Assembly (NCBI GenBank): GCA_907165135.1
Contig: OU015569.1
Location: forward strand, 496,001 to 560,000
From: Oikopleura dioica
Taxonomy: Eukaryota > Animalia > Chordata
Length of the DNA: 64,000 bases
Direction of reading: 5' to 3'
Shown here: in pieces, positions 24,943 to 38,810 of the stretch
Layout: every line of letters begins with the position of its first letter
Numbering within the stretch: the stretch's first letter is position 1
Notes under the pieces: generated by a model
The model's input: only the letters and a program-made list of their open reading frames with translations
Database searches by the model: none
Told to the model about the DNA's origin: nothing
Program-made: the position numbers and the translations under genes

Positions 24943-25519
24943 AAATCCTGAGCCAGGAACCCTGACTCTGGGTCCCGGATTATTTTAAAAGAAAAGCCGC
25001 GTAGCTTATTATTCCATACTGGCGAAGCCGTCATGCGGCTTCGTTTCTTAAAAGCCGCTATGCGGCTTTTCATTTTAAATCATCCAAGACCCTGAGTCAG
25101 GGTCCCTGAGTCAGGATTTTCTATCCAGGCTGCCGAGATCAGGGCAGAAAGCTTTTCAATTTCTGAAATCATGGAAGAGAGAACCTTCAATTTATAATTT
25201 CAAAATTTCAGCGAATCGAGAGACAGTGGACTCGGATGTGGATTCCGAAGACACTTTCGTACCTGACACTTCCGACGAATTCCGAGATATGTGAATCATC
25301 AATCCAATTCCACACAACTTCTGCGTTTCAAATGCTGCCCCACTTCTTCGCTGCTCTATTTATGCTCCAAAGATAAATCTAATTATTTCTGTGAATACCT
25401 ACTAAATTCGCCTTTTCCGACCCTTTTTCGCCAAATAAATCCTTATTCGACAACTTTTTTACCAAAAATAAAGTTAATTTTGCACGAGACGCGTAAAATT
25501 GCCGCTTGGAAATGTTGCG

Positions 25520-25634
25520 TGACGTCAGGAGGCTTCTGACGTCGCATGTACGCTGTGACGTCACTTGTTGGCGGCGGCGGTGGTGCCGATTTTGGAGCTA
25601 CTCTTTCTAAACGTCACTGTTTATGCTGACGTCA
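25520..25634. promoter_or_regulatory. Cluster of CRE (ATF/CREB) palindromes
   Basis: TGACGTCA at 25520, 25556 and 25627; TGACGTCG at 25537; CpG-rich context. Confidence 0.5.
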
Positions 25635-27819
25635 CACGCGCTCCAAATTTCTGCTATCCGCGAAGGCGCCTTTTTTACGTAAAAAAACACGTCAGAGTTG
25701 GCGTTTTTATCTAATTCGAAGCAATTCTAGTGTCTAAGATCATCGAATTCAAACAAAAAGTGCATCTACCGGAGCAGATGATAAATGGTAAACAAGCGAA
25801 ATATTCTCTTCCGCGTTCCAAAGAGGGAAAAACGCTTATTGTGATTATTGTTGACGTACAAGAAACTCGGGATATTCACGTGATTCCTGACATTTCCGCC
25901 TTCTCAGTTTTCGGATTAAAAGTTTAACCGTTTTTACGCCGTGAACTTTTGAGCAGTAAACGTCAGTCTCGGTGATTTGGCGACTTGGAAATTTTAAATT
26001 CTGAATTGACTGGGCTCGGCAACCTGTGTAGAAAACCTGAGTCAGGGTTCTGAAAGAGCTTCGAGGCATTCTATCGATGTTCTTTCAGAACCCTGACTCA
26101 GGCTTTACACAGGTTGCCGAGCTTTAATCAAATATACTCTGGGCTCGGCAGCCTGTGTTGAAAACCTGAGTCAGGGTCTGAAAGATCTGTTGGAAAACTA
26201 CCTTTCCAAATTTCAATTTGCAAATCCTGACTCAGGTTTTCCACACAGGTCGCCGAAAAGATGATGATTAGGCAGCTTTTCCAGGATTTCAAGTTTCTAG
26301 CTTTCCAGCTGCGAAAAAACGAAAAAATGCCCATAAATCACATTTCCGTTTTCGCTCTCGCAGATCGGCAAATAATCGAAAAGGTCAAGTGGTCGTGAAC
26401 GCGCGGCTCCTTGATGAGGTCACTTTACTGTCACAGGCACATGTTTATTCTACATTCTAATTTATTTCCACCGCGTAAAGCATTAATTCTCCACCTGCCA
26501 AGGTCTAAAATTCGCAAAAGTTCGATTTTTTCTGCCCGCGGGTGGCTCCAAAAATGACTACGGTTTTACTACTTCGTTTTCATCCCTTCCTCGCCGCTTA
26601 AAAAACGCATGACTAGTACTCTACTTTTAAGAAGCTAGGCTTTTTTCAATTCTTTCTCAAAAATAAGATATTGACACCCTTAACATTTTTCGTCAAAATG
26701 AACAGCCGCGTAGCGGCTTTTACGAACGAAGCCGCTCCGCGGCTTCGCCAACATCTTCACTTCTTATCAGTGAACCTCTAACCCTAAGCCTGACTCAGGT
26801 TTTTAAACAGGTTGCCGAGTAGTCAGTAATATTCGAGACGCTAATTTATCAAAAATCGCTGCCTGCTCCGTCAGCTGAATTTGTAGACACTCGAGGAAAA
26901 AGAAAAGAGAGAGCTTGATTTGATGTCTGTCTAATGAAAAGAACAGGCCTCTCTATAAAAGATCAATCTTTAGAAGCAGCTTCAAGGTGCTTCCTTTGAT
27001 CGATGGCAATTTCGTTTCACTCGCTGGGGAAAGACAAAAGACCAGTTTCACGATGCTCTCTCTCTTATTTTTTGTTGAGCTTGACTGAGTTGAGATATTC
27101 TCGATTACTCTTATTGTCTCAGCAGTTTTTCTTTTTGAAAGAAGAAATATGGTAATCAGAAGATTTTCGAAATTGGAAACCTGAGTCAGGTTCCTGAAAA
27201 TGATTTCATGAATAGCTTGGGTCGGCAACCTGTTTGAAAACCTGAGTCAGGGTCCTGAAAGACATTACGAAGCGGCTAATTGGAACTCGAAGCCGCACAG
27301 CAACCTGTGTTGAACCCTGAGTCAGGTTCTAAAGAGTTAAATCGTGGCTACGAGGCTCTTTAGAACCTGACTCAGGTCTTCAACACAGGTTTCTGAGCGG
27401 TTTTGTATTCGAAAAAGCCGCTTCGTGAGGTCTTTCAGGACCCTGACTCCGGTTTTCCACACAGGTCGTCGACCCTACCTATTCATAAAATCAATTTCAG
27501 GACCCTGACTCAGGCTTTTAAACAGCTTTATCTTCACTCAAAAACCTCTCTTCCATCAAAATTCTGCAAGTTGCTCAGTGATGCATTTTTGTATCTTAAA
27601 AATTTAAGAGTCGAGAAAATTAATTTTATATTTTTTTATTTTCATTATCAGTGTTTGAGTTTTACAAAATTTGGCTTTGCCAGAAGTAGATTTTTCAAAA
27701 AGTAGGATATCAGTATTTAAATAGTAAAACAGTTGAAAACTTGCTAAAAAGTCTAAAAAGAAAGAGAGGATTTTCAGTCGACAGGGTCAAAAATAGTTGA
27801 TAATTCTAGGTTTTTTTCT

Positions 27820-28590
27820 TCAAAGTTGACAAAACTCGGCGTTGAAGAGTTCGGAAGCGTTCGCGTCTGAAGCTGGAAAGGCGAAGCTGCCGTGGAGGAG
27901 CGGGGTCAGCGCCAAGCCGCCGTTTGGAGTCATCAAGAACGCGGAAAGAGGGCCAGAGTGGTAGTGCCCTGCTGGCTCTTGCTTGACGATTTGGATGGGC
28001 GCGAGCATCGCCGCTTTTTCGTTGCTGGAAGTGGTGGTGGGCACTTTGACTTCTTCGAGCTCGACGGACTCTTCTGGCGAGGCGTAGCCGCTCTCGGTGT
28101 TATTGGAGGTTTGAGTGTTGGAAAGAAGAGGCGAATTGGCCTGTTCCTTCTTGAGGGCCTGTTGGCTCTGGTTGGAGCCGCCGTGATTCATCGCCAAGTT
28201 GAAGCGGATCTTTTCCAACTGCTCCTTGAGCTGCTGGTTCTCTCGCTTGAGCGCTTCCATTTCGCTCTTGGTCTGGCTCAGCTCGCCTTCGAGATCTTCG
28301 ACTTTTCGAAGTCGTCGGTCGCGGCAGCGCGCAGCAGCGAGTCGGTTGCGCTCGCGCCGTCGGTTTCGTCGTTCCAGGGCGATTTGGTCGAGCGCCTCGT
28401 CGGGGACTTCTGGGTTCCGGCCGGGCCGTCTTCTCGAGGAGCTACCGCTCTTGGAAGGCGCGCTCTCGGGGTAGGGGGAGTAGCGGGGGTTCGAGTTGTC
28501 CGAGTAGACGGAAAAGGTGTCCTCGTTGATGGGAAAGTCGACGATTTGGCTGGCAGGCTCCATTTGGTAGATGATCTGTTGTTCGCTCAT
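27820..28590 (-). CDS. FOS: Fos-family bZIP transcription factor, intronless, 256 aa
   Basis: ERRNRRRERNRLAAARCRDRRLRKVEDLEGELSQTKSEMEALKRENQQLKEQLEKIRFNLAMNH has the Fos basic region, leucine heptads and terminal L-x-x-x-H. Confidence 0.85.
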   Translation of the reverse strand: MSEQQIIYQMEPASQIVDFPINEDTFSVYSDNSNPRYSPYPESAPSKSGSSSRRRPGRNPEVPDEALDQIALERRNRRRERNRLAAARCRDRRLRKVEDLEGELSQTKSEMEALKRENQQLKEQLEKIRFNLAMNHGGSNQSQQALKKEQANSPLLSNTQTSNNTESGYASPEESVELEEVKVPTTTSSNEKAAMLAPIQIVKQEPAGHYHSGPLSAFLMTPNGGLALTPLLHGSFAFPASDANASELFNAEFCQL

Positions 28591-28697
28591 TTTTTCGATA
28601 TTTCTCGGAAGGTTGAAAAAAGGGAAAGTTTTTTCTGTGTTTTTTTCTTTTTCCTTGTCTGATGATTCGGATTCTGGTTCTCGACGGGGGCCCTCGC

Positions 28698-28737
28698 TTT
28701 ATATAGCCTCGCGCGCTAGCGCCACTTCCATATTTGG
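28698..28737 (-). promoter_or_regulatory. Fos core promoter: TATA box plus ETS-overlapping CArG box (SRE)
   Basis: TATATAAA (28698-28705); CArG CCATATTTGG (28728-28737) fits CC(A/T)6GG; GGAAGT ETS core at 28724-28729. Confidence 0.75.
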
Positions 28738-29564
28738 CGATAGCGCTTCAGCCAGGCCAGATTCTCAATCCCGCGCTCTTCCGCCCCGCGCCGAGCCTCC
28801 TCGTTAAAACCAAATTCTCCTTTTTTTCTAGCAGTTTACTTTTACATTCGAAATCGCCATTTTTTATCACTTTCTCGACTCATCGCGCTATTCTTCATTC
28901 ATAAAATATATTTATTGCTAAGTTTAGTAGACTAATTTTAACGAAATACGATTTTATCTTGCTTAAAGAGCTTCGAAAAAAAGCCGCGAAGCGGCTATTT
29001 TTTCTGAGTTTTACGAGGATAATTTTGGCGAAGCCGCTTCGCGGCTTCGTTTTTAAAATAACCGCTACGCGGCTTTTCGTTTAAAATTATTCAGCACCCT
29101 GACTCAGGTCTGCCTGTGCAGAAATTCTGAGCCAGGGTCCTAGAAGATGTCAAATGAAAAGCCGCGTAGCGGCTTTTTAGAAAACGAAGCCGCAAAGCGG
29201 CTAGAATTAATGAAGAGGCTGGAATGATAATTTGGCGAAGCCGCTACGCGGCTTCGTTTTCAAAAGCCGCTACGCGGCTTTTCATTTGACATCTTCCAGG
29301 ACCCTGACTCAGGATTTCAACACAGGTTGCTGAGCATTGAACTTTTGACCGTCGCATTCCCAGACGGTTCTAGTGATTCTGAGTCGCTAGAAGTGAGACT
29401 AGATAATTCCCAGAGGAGAAATAAACAAATAAATTGACGTCTGAGCCAACATCCGTCAGAATGAATACAGATAAAGAGATCGAGAGAATGATCAAGAGCG
29501 CAAATATTAATCCAGCGCGGCGTGTAATAGAACGCGTGCGGCAAGAAGTAGAATGAGTAGCGTC

Positions 29565-29642
29565 TGACTCATCGTGTGTCAATCGCTGAGCCTTGCCGCG
29601 GATGATCCGCGCGGGGCAGAAAAAGAGTGATCCGTGACGTCA
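29565..29642. promoter_or_regulatory. Non-MITE AP-1 site and CRE about 1 kb upstream of Fos
   Basis: TGACTCA at 29565-29571; TGACGTCA at 29635-29642. Confidence 0.45.
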
Positions 29643-30642
29643 CTGAATGTACAACGTCACTAGCGCGGACTTCACATTTTGCAACTTTTGAAGAGCTACT
29701 CTTGCAGGGCGCTGCGGAGGCACGCTAGAAACGAGGAGGAGAATCTAGCCAATTTTCGAATTTGGCTCAAGCTTGAAGCTTCATCCCTCGCCAATTATGT
29801 AACCACTTCTTTTGAATTTGAGCCATTTTCTCAAATTTTGTTTTTGAAAAATCAAATTAATCAGCATTTTTTTGATAGAAAAATTGATATCTTAGAAAAT
29901 AAATGAAAAGAAAAAATTTTCAACAAGCTCATAATCTGTGTAGAAACCTGAGTCAGGGAAACGGCTCTTTCTGAAAGATCTCAAATTTTTGCGGCTTTTT
30001 TCAAAAAACGCGGCTTTTTATCGAAGATTTTTCATAAAAAGATCCCGATTTTGACCCTGACTCAGGTTTCCACACCTGGGCTCGGCAACCTGTGTAGAAA
30101 GCCTGAGTCAGGGTCTGAAAGATCATTAATGAAAAGCTGCAAAGCCGCTTCCTTTTAAATCATTAAAGATCTTTCAGACCCTGACTCAGGTTTTCTACCC
30201 AGGTTGCCGAGCCCAGCTCTAGACAAAAGAAGTAATAAATCCATTTTAGTAATTTTTTATGAGAAAAACAACTTGATAGTTTTATCATTTTATTCTAATC
30301 GCTGAGAAAGAAATGACGAGACCCTTGAGTGGACTTCCTTTGCCGTGAAAAGTTCTACTTTTGCTACTTTCTGGTGCACGGCTCTCAATTATAGATAATT
30401 ACCGTCAATCAAGCCGGTGTTCGGTTGCCCCGCTTTTTTAGCTGAGCGGCCAGATTCTCAAACGCGATAATAAAAAAGTGATAAAAAAGCGATAACCACA
30501 GATACAAGTGTCCAGACTGGACTAGGCAATTTCTCATTTCTGAGTGACTATTTTCGCTTACAAAATTTCAATTACTGATGAAGCTGAGTCAGGGTTTTTA
30601 GAGAGCTAGAATGAAAAGCCTCGTAGCGGCTTTTGGGAGACA

Positions 30643-31061
30643 CTGAATTGTGCCGCCCTGCGCCGCCCTGTGCCGCCCAGCCTCACCGGGTTTGAAGATA
30701 TTTGGTCTTTCAAAGGCCATAATTTAAGCTTTTTATGTCAACTTAGTTATTCTCACTTATTTATATTGTCAAACAGTTAAAATAAGTAAAACCTATAATT
30801 TAGGGTGCCAGTAGCGTAGTTCTCAATCAAATTCAGATGTTGCATAAAATCACTAATATATTGAGCACGCGACGGGCCAAAGGCCCTTACGCGTGCATTT
30901 TCTGGTAGAGAACTCATTGGGTTGGCGGGGCCCAACTCTCGCTCTTGTTCAGAACTCTTTCCTAGGTCATGGTTTGGTCGAATGAGAGTCGATTGGTTCC
31001 AGGCCGGGCGACGCTGGGCGGCGCAGGGCGGCGCAAGGCGGCGCATGGCGGCACAATTCAG
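30643..31061. mobile_element. MITE with GC-rich 10-bp subterminal repeats, nested in a CTGGG-family MITE
   Basis: CTGAATTGTGCCGCCCTGCGCCGCCCTG ... GGCGGCGCATGGCGGCACAATTCAG; CA/TA flanks. Confidence 0.7.
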
Positions 31062-32636
31062 TACCCCCGCTTTTTAATAATGAAGCCGCAAAGCGGCTTC
31101 TCTAGTAAAATATATACATCGAGCTTTTTACTTAGGCGAAGCCGCTCTGCGGCTACGTTTAAAAAAACCGCTACGCGGCTTTTCATTTTAGCTCTCTCTA
31201 AAAACCCTGACTCAGGGTAGGAATTTTGGCTTCGCCAAAGAAACAAACTCAATGTATTTATTAAACCAGCAAAGCCGCTTTGCGGCTTCATTATTAAAAA
31301 TAGCTGCTACGCGGCTTTTCATTTCGGCTCTTCAGCACCTGGCTCAGGTTTTCTTCACAGCTTGCTGAGCCCAGATAGCGTGAGTTGAGCTGAACTGACC
31401 CTCAATTCTTGAAACTCAATTCAAACAGACTGACTGAGTCTCAAAAACAGTGATTATTTCAATGTCTGCTGCAAAGAATAAATAAGGAAAACGCGCAGGT
31501 CGTGACGATTTATTTGCTTTTCGTAAATCATGGAGTGGCTGTATTTAACTCGAGCAAATATGGATTTCGAAAAAATGGAAACTATTCACTTTTTACGAAT
31601 CAGACACTGCTCAAGAAAAAAAACATATTATTTTCGCGTGAGAATTTTCGATCACGTGAAATATTAAAGGAACTTTCAATCTTGGATTTGCGTAAATTCT
31701 TGAGAATCTGAGTCGGGTTCTGAAAAGCTGAAATGAAAAGCCGCGTAGCGGCTTTTTAATAATGAAGCTGCGAAGCTTTCGCGGCTTTTCATTAAAGATT
31801 TTTCAGACCCTGACTCAGGTTTTCCACACAGGTTGCCGAGCCCAGGCATTGAGTTGGGTACTTTGGCAAATCTTGCCACTCATAAGGAGATAATTATCGA
31901 GCGTATATTTTTAGCTCTAGAAGCTGAATAATAGCGAGGAAAAGAGCATCCGGTCATAAATCTAACGCCAAGTGACAACTAAAGTATCGCCAGATCGCGC
32001 TAGTCAGGAGCTACTCATCCTCCAATAGAGTAGCGTTTTTGAATGAGTATCAAGAAATAGCCTGTCAGTATGTCTCTAGAACAGGCCCGGCGGAGCAGGT
32101 TGTTGTTCAGTTGACGCTCACTTCTTCACTTTTCGAAGTCGGAAAGTCCGCGCCGCATAGCTTTCAGGTAAATCAGTTTATTAATTAATTATTAAGTAAT
32201 GTACTTTAATAATAAACACTTAAATAAATAAAACTTTTAGAAGCCTCAGATCATCAGGCCATCAGCCTGGTGAGATCTGCTCGAGAATCTGCTTCAAAAC
32301 CGGAGTTTGTCGAAGCAAGAATTCCACAAGGTCGTGGATGAAAACATGACTGCTAAAAACCAAGCAGACGACCACCTTGCCTAGTAAAGGCTTGTCTCTT
32401 TAACTGTAACCTGAATAAAATCAATTTCCGTAAATTCTATCGACAAAAGATGCTCACGGCTTTGAATGGCCGGAATTTCAGGCCGGGTTTCAGCCGTGAT
32501 CATCTCTCTCTCATTTTGTATTCTTGATTTTCGGCAGGCGATTGTAAACCGATTTTACTAGATATACATGTGTGTTCAAAGATTTCCCGCGTATTTCGGA
32601 CTGAATATGAGGCTTTAACTCGCCGTCTCCCTCGAC

Positions 32637-32829
32637 CTGGACGTGGCGCAGGTGTCGGTCACGGGGCGGAGAGGTCTCGAGTTCGAGTCCCACTGGCAGC
32701 TCCTTTGCCGGGAAATTATAATAATTGCGAATAGAAGGAACAGGAAGAACCGTGGGAGGCATTAAACATGAAAAAATAATGCTTTGTCAACATTTCTTCT
32801 TTTGTAAACCGATTTTAGTAGATATGCAT
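32637..32829 (+). mobile_element. Putative tRNA-derived SINE head (pol III A and B boxes)
   Basis: A box TGGCGCAGGTG (32644) and B box GTTCGAGTCC (32681); spacing is 8 nt shorter than in a tRNA and no intact cloverleaf forms. Confidence 0.45.
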
Positions 32830-33345
32830 ATATAGCAATGACTACAGCCTGTAGTCTACATGTTGCAGGGCTCCAACTTTTGGAACCTACAGACCTGACG
32901 TGGTGGAAGACGCCGTCGGTCGTCGGTGGTGTTGGACATGCCTGGATTCCGAAATTATTTGCAGAAAGGTGAGCTTTTATTTCAACCAAAGAGGCAAAAA
33001 TATTGTCTTTTAGGCAATGAGCTTTGGGAAGACGACGATCTTCTTCCATGATTTCAAATTTTGAAAATGGCTAAAAATTGACTTTGGTCAAAAAATAATT
33101 CAACAAAACAAGTTCAGTCGGAGCTCAGCAACCTGTGTAGAAAGCCTGAGTCAGGGTCTGAAAAATCTTTAATGAAAAGCCGCGTGCGGCTTTTCTAAAA
33201 CCGAAGCCGCAAAGCTTATCTACTTTTAAATTCTGGCGAAGCTTTTCATAAAAGATCTTTCAGACCCTGACTCAGGTTTTCTACACAGGTCGTCGCGTTC
33301 AGATTTGAGTAAAAATTTAACTCTGCTACCTTCTTTATCTCAAAA

Positions 33346-35391
<2,046 letters not shown>

Positions 35392-35910
35392 TCGAATTCG
35401 ATTTTCGCGAGTCTGTTTATATTATATCCTGAAAGGGTAAAATCCCTGGGCCAGACTTAACCGCAAAGGGCGTCCAGACAAATGCACTGTTCAATGTCAA
35501 CGGGGAACCGTCGAATTCGTCCAGCAAGGAAGCAAACTCAGCCCCAAAATGGCCAAAATGGAAGGAATCATGTGCCTCAAAAAAGGAGGATACGGATTCA
35601 GGTAAAATTCAATTCAATTTTCGCGATTTTTCTTCATGAATTTCCAGCAAGCGAAACAACGGAATCGGCAGCTTTTCGTGCACTTCCGACGGGAACAACC
35701 GTGGTGCTATTGAAGAGGCCGCTGATCAAGCAGAAGTTCAGAACAGTCCAGTTTCTGCGCAGCCGGAAAAGTCTTTTGAAAGCGAGGACTACGACTACCA
35801 CCAGAACTACGTCGCTGATGAAGCTAAAGGACCGCGTTGAAACTCACTTATTCAATCACCTTTTCCTTCAGTATTGATTAAAAGACAGTGATTTGTAAAC
35901 GCAAAAACAG

Positions 35911-36706
35911 TAGTTGGCGGGGGCGACATGGACCACGATTTCTTCTTCGGCGACGGAGCTCTTCAAAACGACCCCAACAAGCCAATGGTCACAGGTTTGC
36001 AAATCTGTTTTCAAGATGGACACGTTCAATTTCAGACCTTGTGAATTTCGAGATCTCGATCGGCGGCGAAGCTGTGGGCGACGTCTCTCTCGGCCTCTTC
36101 GGCTTCGTAGCGCCCAAAACTGCCAAGAACTTCGCCGAACTGGCCAAGAGACCAGTTGGAGAAGGATACCTCGACTCGATCTTTCACCGCGTCATCGCCG
36201 GTTTCATGGCTCAAGGTAAATCACAGTCTTGTCTTCTCGATATTAAAAAAGGGCGGTGATTTAGGAGGTGATTTTACGCTTGGAAATGGCAGAGGCGGCC
36301 ACAGCATCTACGGTGCCCAGTTCGACGACGAGCCCTTCACGATCAGGAAAGCGTCGCCTCTTCTTCCTTTTGAAAGCGAAAAAGAGGCGACGGAAATTCA
36401 GTCACAAATCACGGGGAATGCTCTCGATGGCGAACGCGGGCCCGGACACTAATGGAAGCCAGTTTTTCATCACTTTCACGGTAAAAAAGCGGGAAAGCTG
36501 CGATTCTCGAGCGGAAAATTCAGGGCACCCCGTTCCTCGACGGCAAACACGTCGTCTTCGGCAAACTAGTGAAAGGCCACGAAGTTCTGGACCAAATAGA
36601 AGCGGCCGAGACCGACGCGAAAAACAACCGACCCTTCCGCGACATCAGAATCACCAAGTCCCAACACCAGAAACTTCTCAATCCCTTCCCAGTTGCACTC
36701 GAATAA
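35911..36706 (+). CDS. Cyclophilin-type peptidyl-prolyl isomerase domain (PPIB/PPIC-like)
   Basis: VAPKTAKNFAEL, IFHRVIAGFMAQGGDFT-x-GNGRGGHSIYG, GMLSMANAGPDTNGSQFFIT, LDGKHVVFGK; GA-AG intron at 36347-36401. Confidence 0.93.
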
Positions 36707-36817
36707 ATCAAAAGAAAAACACATGTTGAAATTTTGAAACAAATAAATAAGTTTTATTCTGGAATTGAAGTCAATTTTGTCACTTGCAAAAGCAGAAAAG
36801 GTTGGTTTTCCCACAAG

Positions 36818-37307
36818 TCAGTAGTTGACCAGCCAGAGCGGAGCGGGAAGGCGGTGGATAGATTCTTCGGTGAAGGGAAGGCCGCACTTTTCAACAGTTA
36901 ATAACCGAAATAGTAGTTGAAAAATAAGCTAGAGATTTGAACGGTTAACTGAAGGCACTCGGTGAATCGGAGAGTGTCGATGCATTTGATGCAGAATGTG
37001 TGGTAGCACTTGCCGACGAAAGCTGGTCGATGCTTCTCGGTGTCGTACTCTTGGCCACAGATCTTGCAGTAGTGCCCATCGTGGTTCTCGTGCTTTCGCT
37101 TCTTTCCACGCCTTTCGGGAGCGTCTAAGAAGCCCTAAGCCTTGAAAAATGGAAAGACTAATTACCGAGGTCGGTCTCGACGAGGCTGAGTTGAGCTTCA
37201 ACATCTTCTGAAGCAGCGATTTCGCGACTCTGCGGAATTCCGAAGAAAAACTTCTTGATGAAGAACCAAACTGCGGAAATCGTCTGCGAAAGTGACTTTA
37301 CTAACAT
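36818..37307 (-). CDS. Small RING-finger protein with a hydrophobic N-terminus
   Basis: CKICGQEYDTEKHRPAFVGKCYHTFCIKCIDTLRFTECLQCG RING pattern; last splice junction ambiguous. Confidence 0.7.
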
Positions 37308-37614
37308 GATGATAATCGAAGTGCGAGCTACTGTAACACGAGGTAAACAAAAGGATGAGCATGGGAGCGCTTCTAGAAACGACCTGACTTTCGACTACTG
37401 AAATCAAGGAGGAAAATTTGGTCCTGCGCGTTTTTCACTGCCAGAATGAAGAAAAGAAAAGACCATGAAAAAGGGGTTTTAAAAAACCGCCATTTTCGCA
37501 ATTTTTTTTGAGTATCTAATATCCATTTATTCATTTGATAGTTTCAGTTTAACTTTTACCCGTGGAAACAGAAGACATGTAAAAAAATAACGCGAAGGAA
37601 AGAAGAAAAAGTAG

Positions 37615-38506
37615 CTATTGAATAGAACAGTCTCGAGAGGAAGAAGAAGAAGAGTCATTGCGCGAAGAAGTGGCTTGCTGCTGGCTGCGTCTTTGTCTCT
37701 GAGTTTCATAACGCTGAAAAGGAAGAGTTTTTTAACGCTTGGATGGGTTCTGAAAGGATGGCTTGGTGGTGCGGAAGAACTGGGAGATCTTAGTCTGGGA
37801 GGAACTGGTGGGTTTCTTTCGGGAGGAGTTTGGGCGGGGACGAGTTTTTCGGTACTTGTAAGCGCTGCGCGATCGCCTTGTCCAGCGCTTCTTGCTGAGC
37901 GCGCCGGGCTTCTTCTAGCTTTGTCGTGCTTCCTGGCTGCTCCTGCATCGAAAGCTGAACAATAAATTAAAAAAACGGATGATAAGTACATCATCGAACC
38001 TTGATTGCCTTTTCCATCGCTTCTTGGTCGGATAAGCCGTTGTTCTTGTTGTGGAGGCAGTCGTGGTCTTTGGGAAAGCGATGTTTGAGACAGACGGATC
38101 GCTTGCAGAGTTCGCAAAATACTGGAATGAGCTCCTTAGTCTTGCATTTCTTCGCGCAGCAGCGACCTTCTTTCTTCTTCGCTCTCTTTTTCGCCGCTGC
38201 TTCTGAGTCGCAATTGCTAAAAAATCAAACAATCTATAAAAAATGAACAGTTTCTTACCGATCAATGTGGTCGTTGACGAGTTGGTCCAGCGGCTTGTTT
38301 TGAGTTCCAATCGGAACGGGTTTGTTGCAGAGCGGGCAGGTCGGCACTTGTCTGTCCACGATGCCGGCTTTGGAGCAGTTGTGGATGTCGAGGCCGAAGT
38401 GCTCCGAGCAAAAGGACTCCGAGCAGCCGCGACACTTCATCGGCAGGAAATCGAGGCGGTTGCACTCGGCGAAGTGGCAATGCGTGCCCAAGTGGGGAAG
38501 TTCCAT
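37615..38506 (-). CDS. ZFAND2: AN1-type zinc finger protein 2 (AIRAP/AIRAPL-like) with UIM-like segments and C-terminal CaaX
   Basis: MELPHLGTHCHFAECNRLDFLPMKC..., second AN1 CELCKRSVCLKHRFPKDHDC, SDQEAMEKAIKLSM, ends RDCSIQ*. Confidence 0.88.
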
Positions 38507-38810
38507 TTTCTGAAGGAAAAAATCAAGGAAGAGGAATTTCAATTTGAAATTAGCGCTTTAATTTCGATAAAATAAAGAAAGAGAGGTGCTGGCAGAAATT
38601 GAAGAACTCGGAGACGAAAAATGGAGCAACAAAAAATGGAACATTCATTTTTTTGAAATTCAAGACGCAGCTGAAGAAGATCCGGTTTAAACTTAAACTG
38701 CTGAAATGTGTGTTTTGCAGAGCTGGGAATTTCAACGATGAGATTTGAGAAACGAGAAAAGAGACGAAAAAGGGATAATAAAATAATCGACGATTGGGAG
38801 TTGGATGGCT

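Noticed and set aside
27892-28662. 256-aa plus-strand ORF
   Set aside because: Antisense shadow of the Fos CDS, caused by C-ending codon bias
29317-29582. Small hydrophobic minus-strand ORFs upstream of Fos
   Set aside because: No splice or homology support, and they overlap putative regulatory sequence
32085-32105. CAGG...AGCAG resembling SRP RNA helix 8
   Set aside because: No GNRA tetraloop, wrong spacing and no other SRP helices
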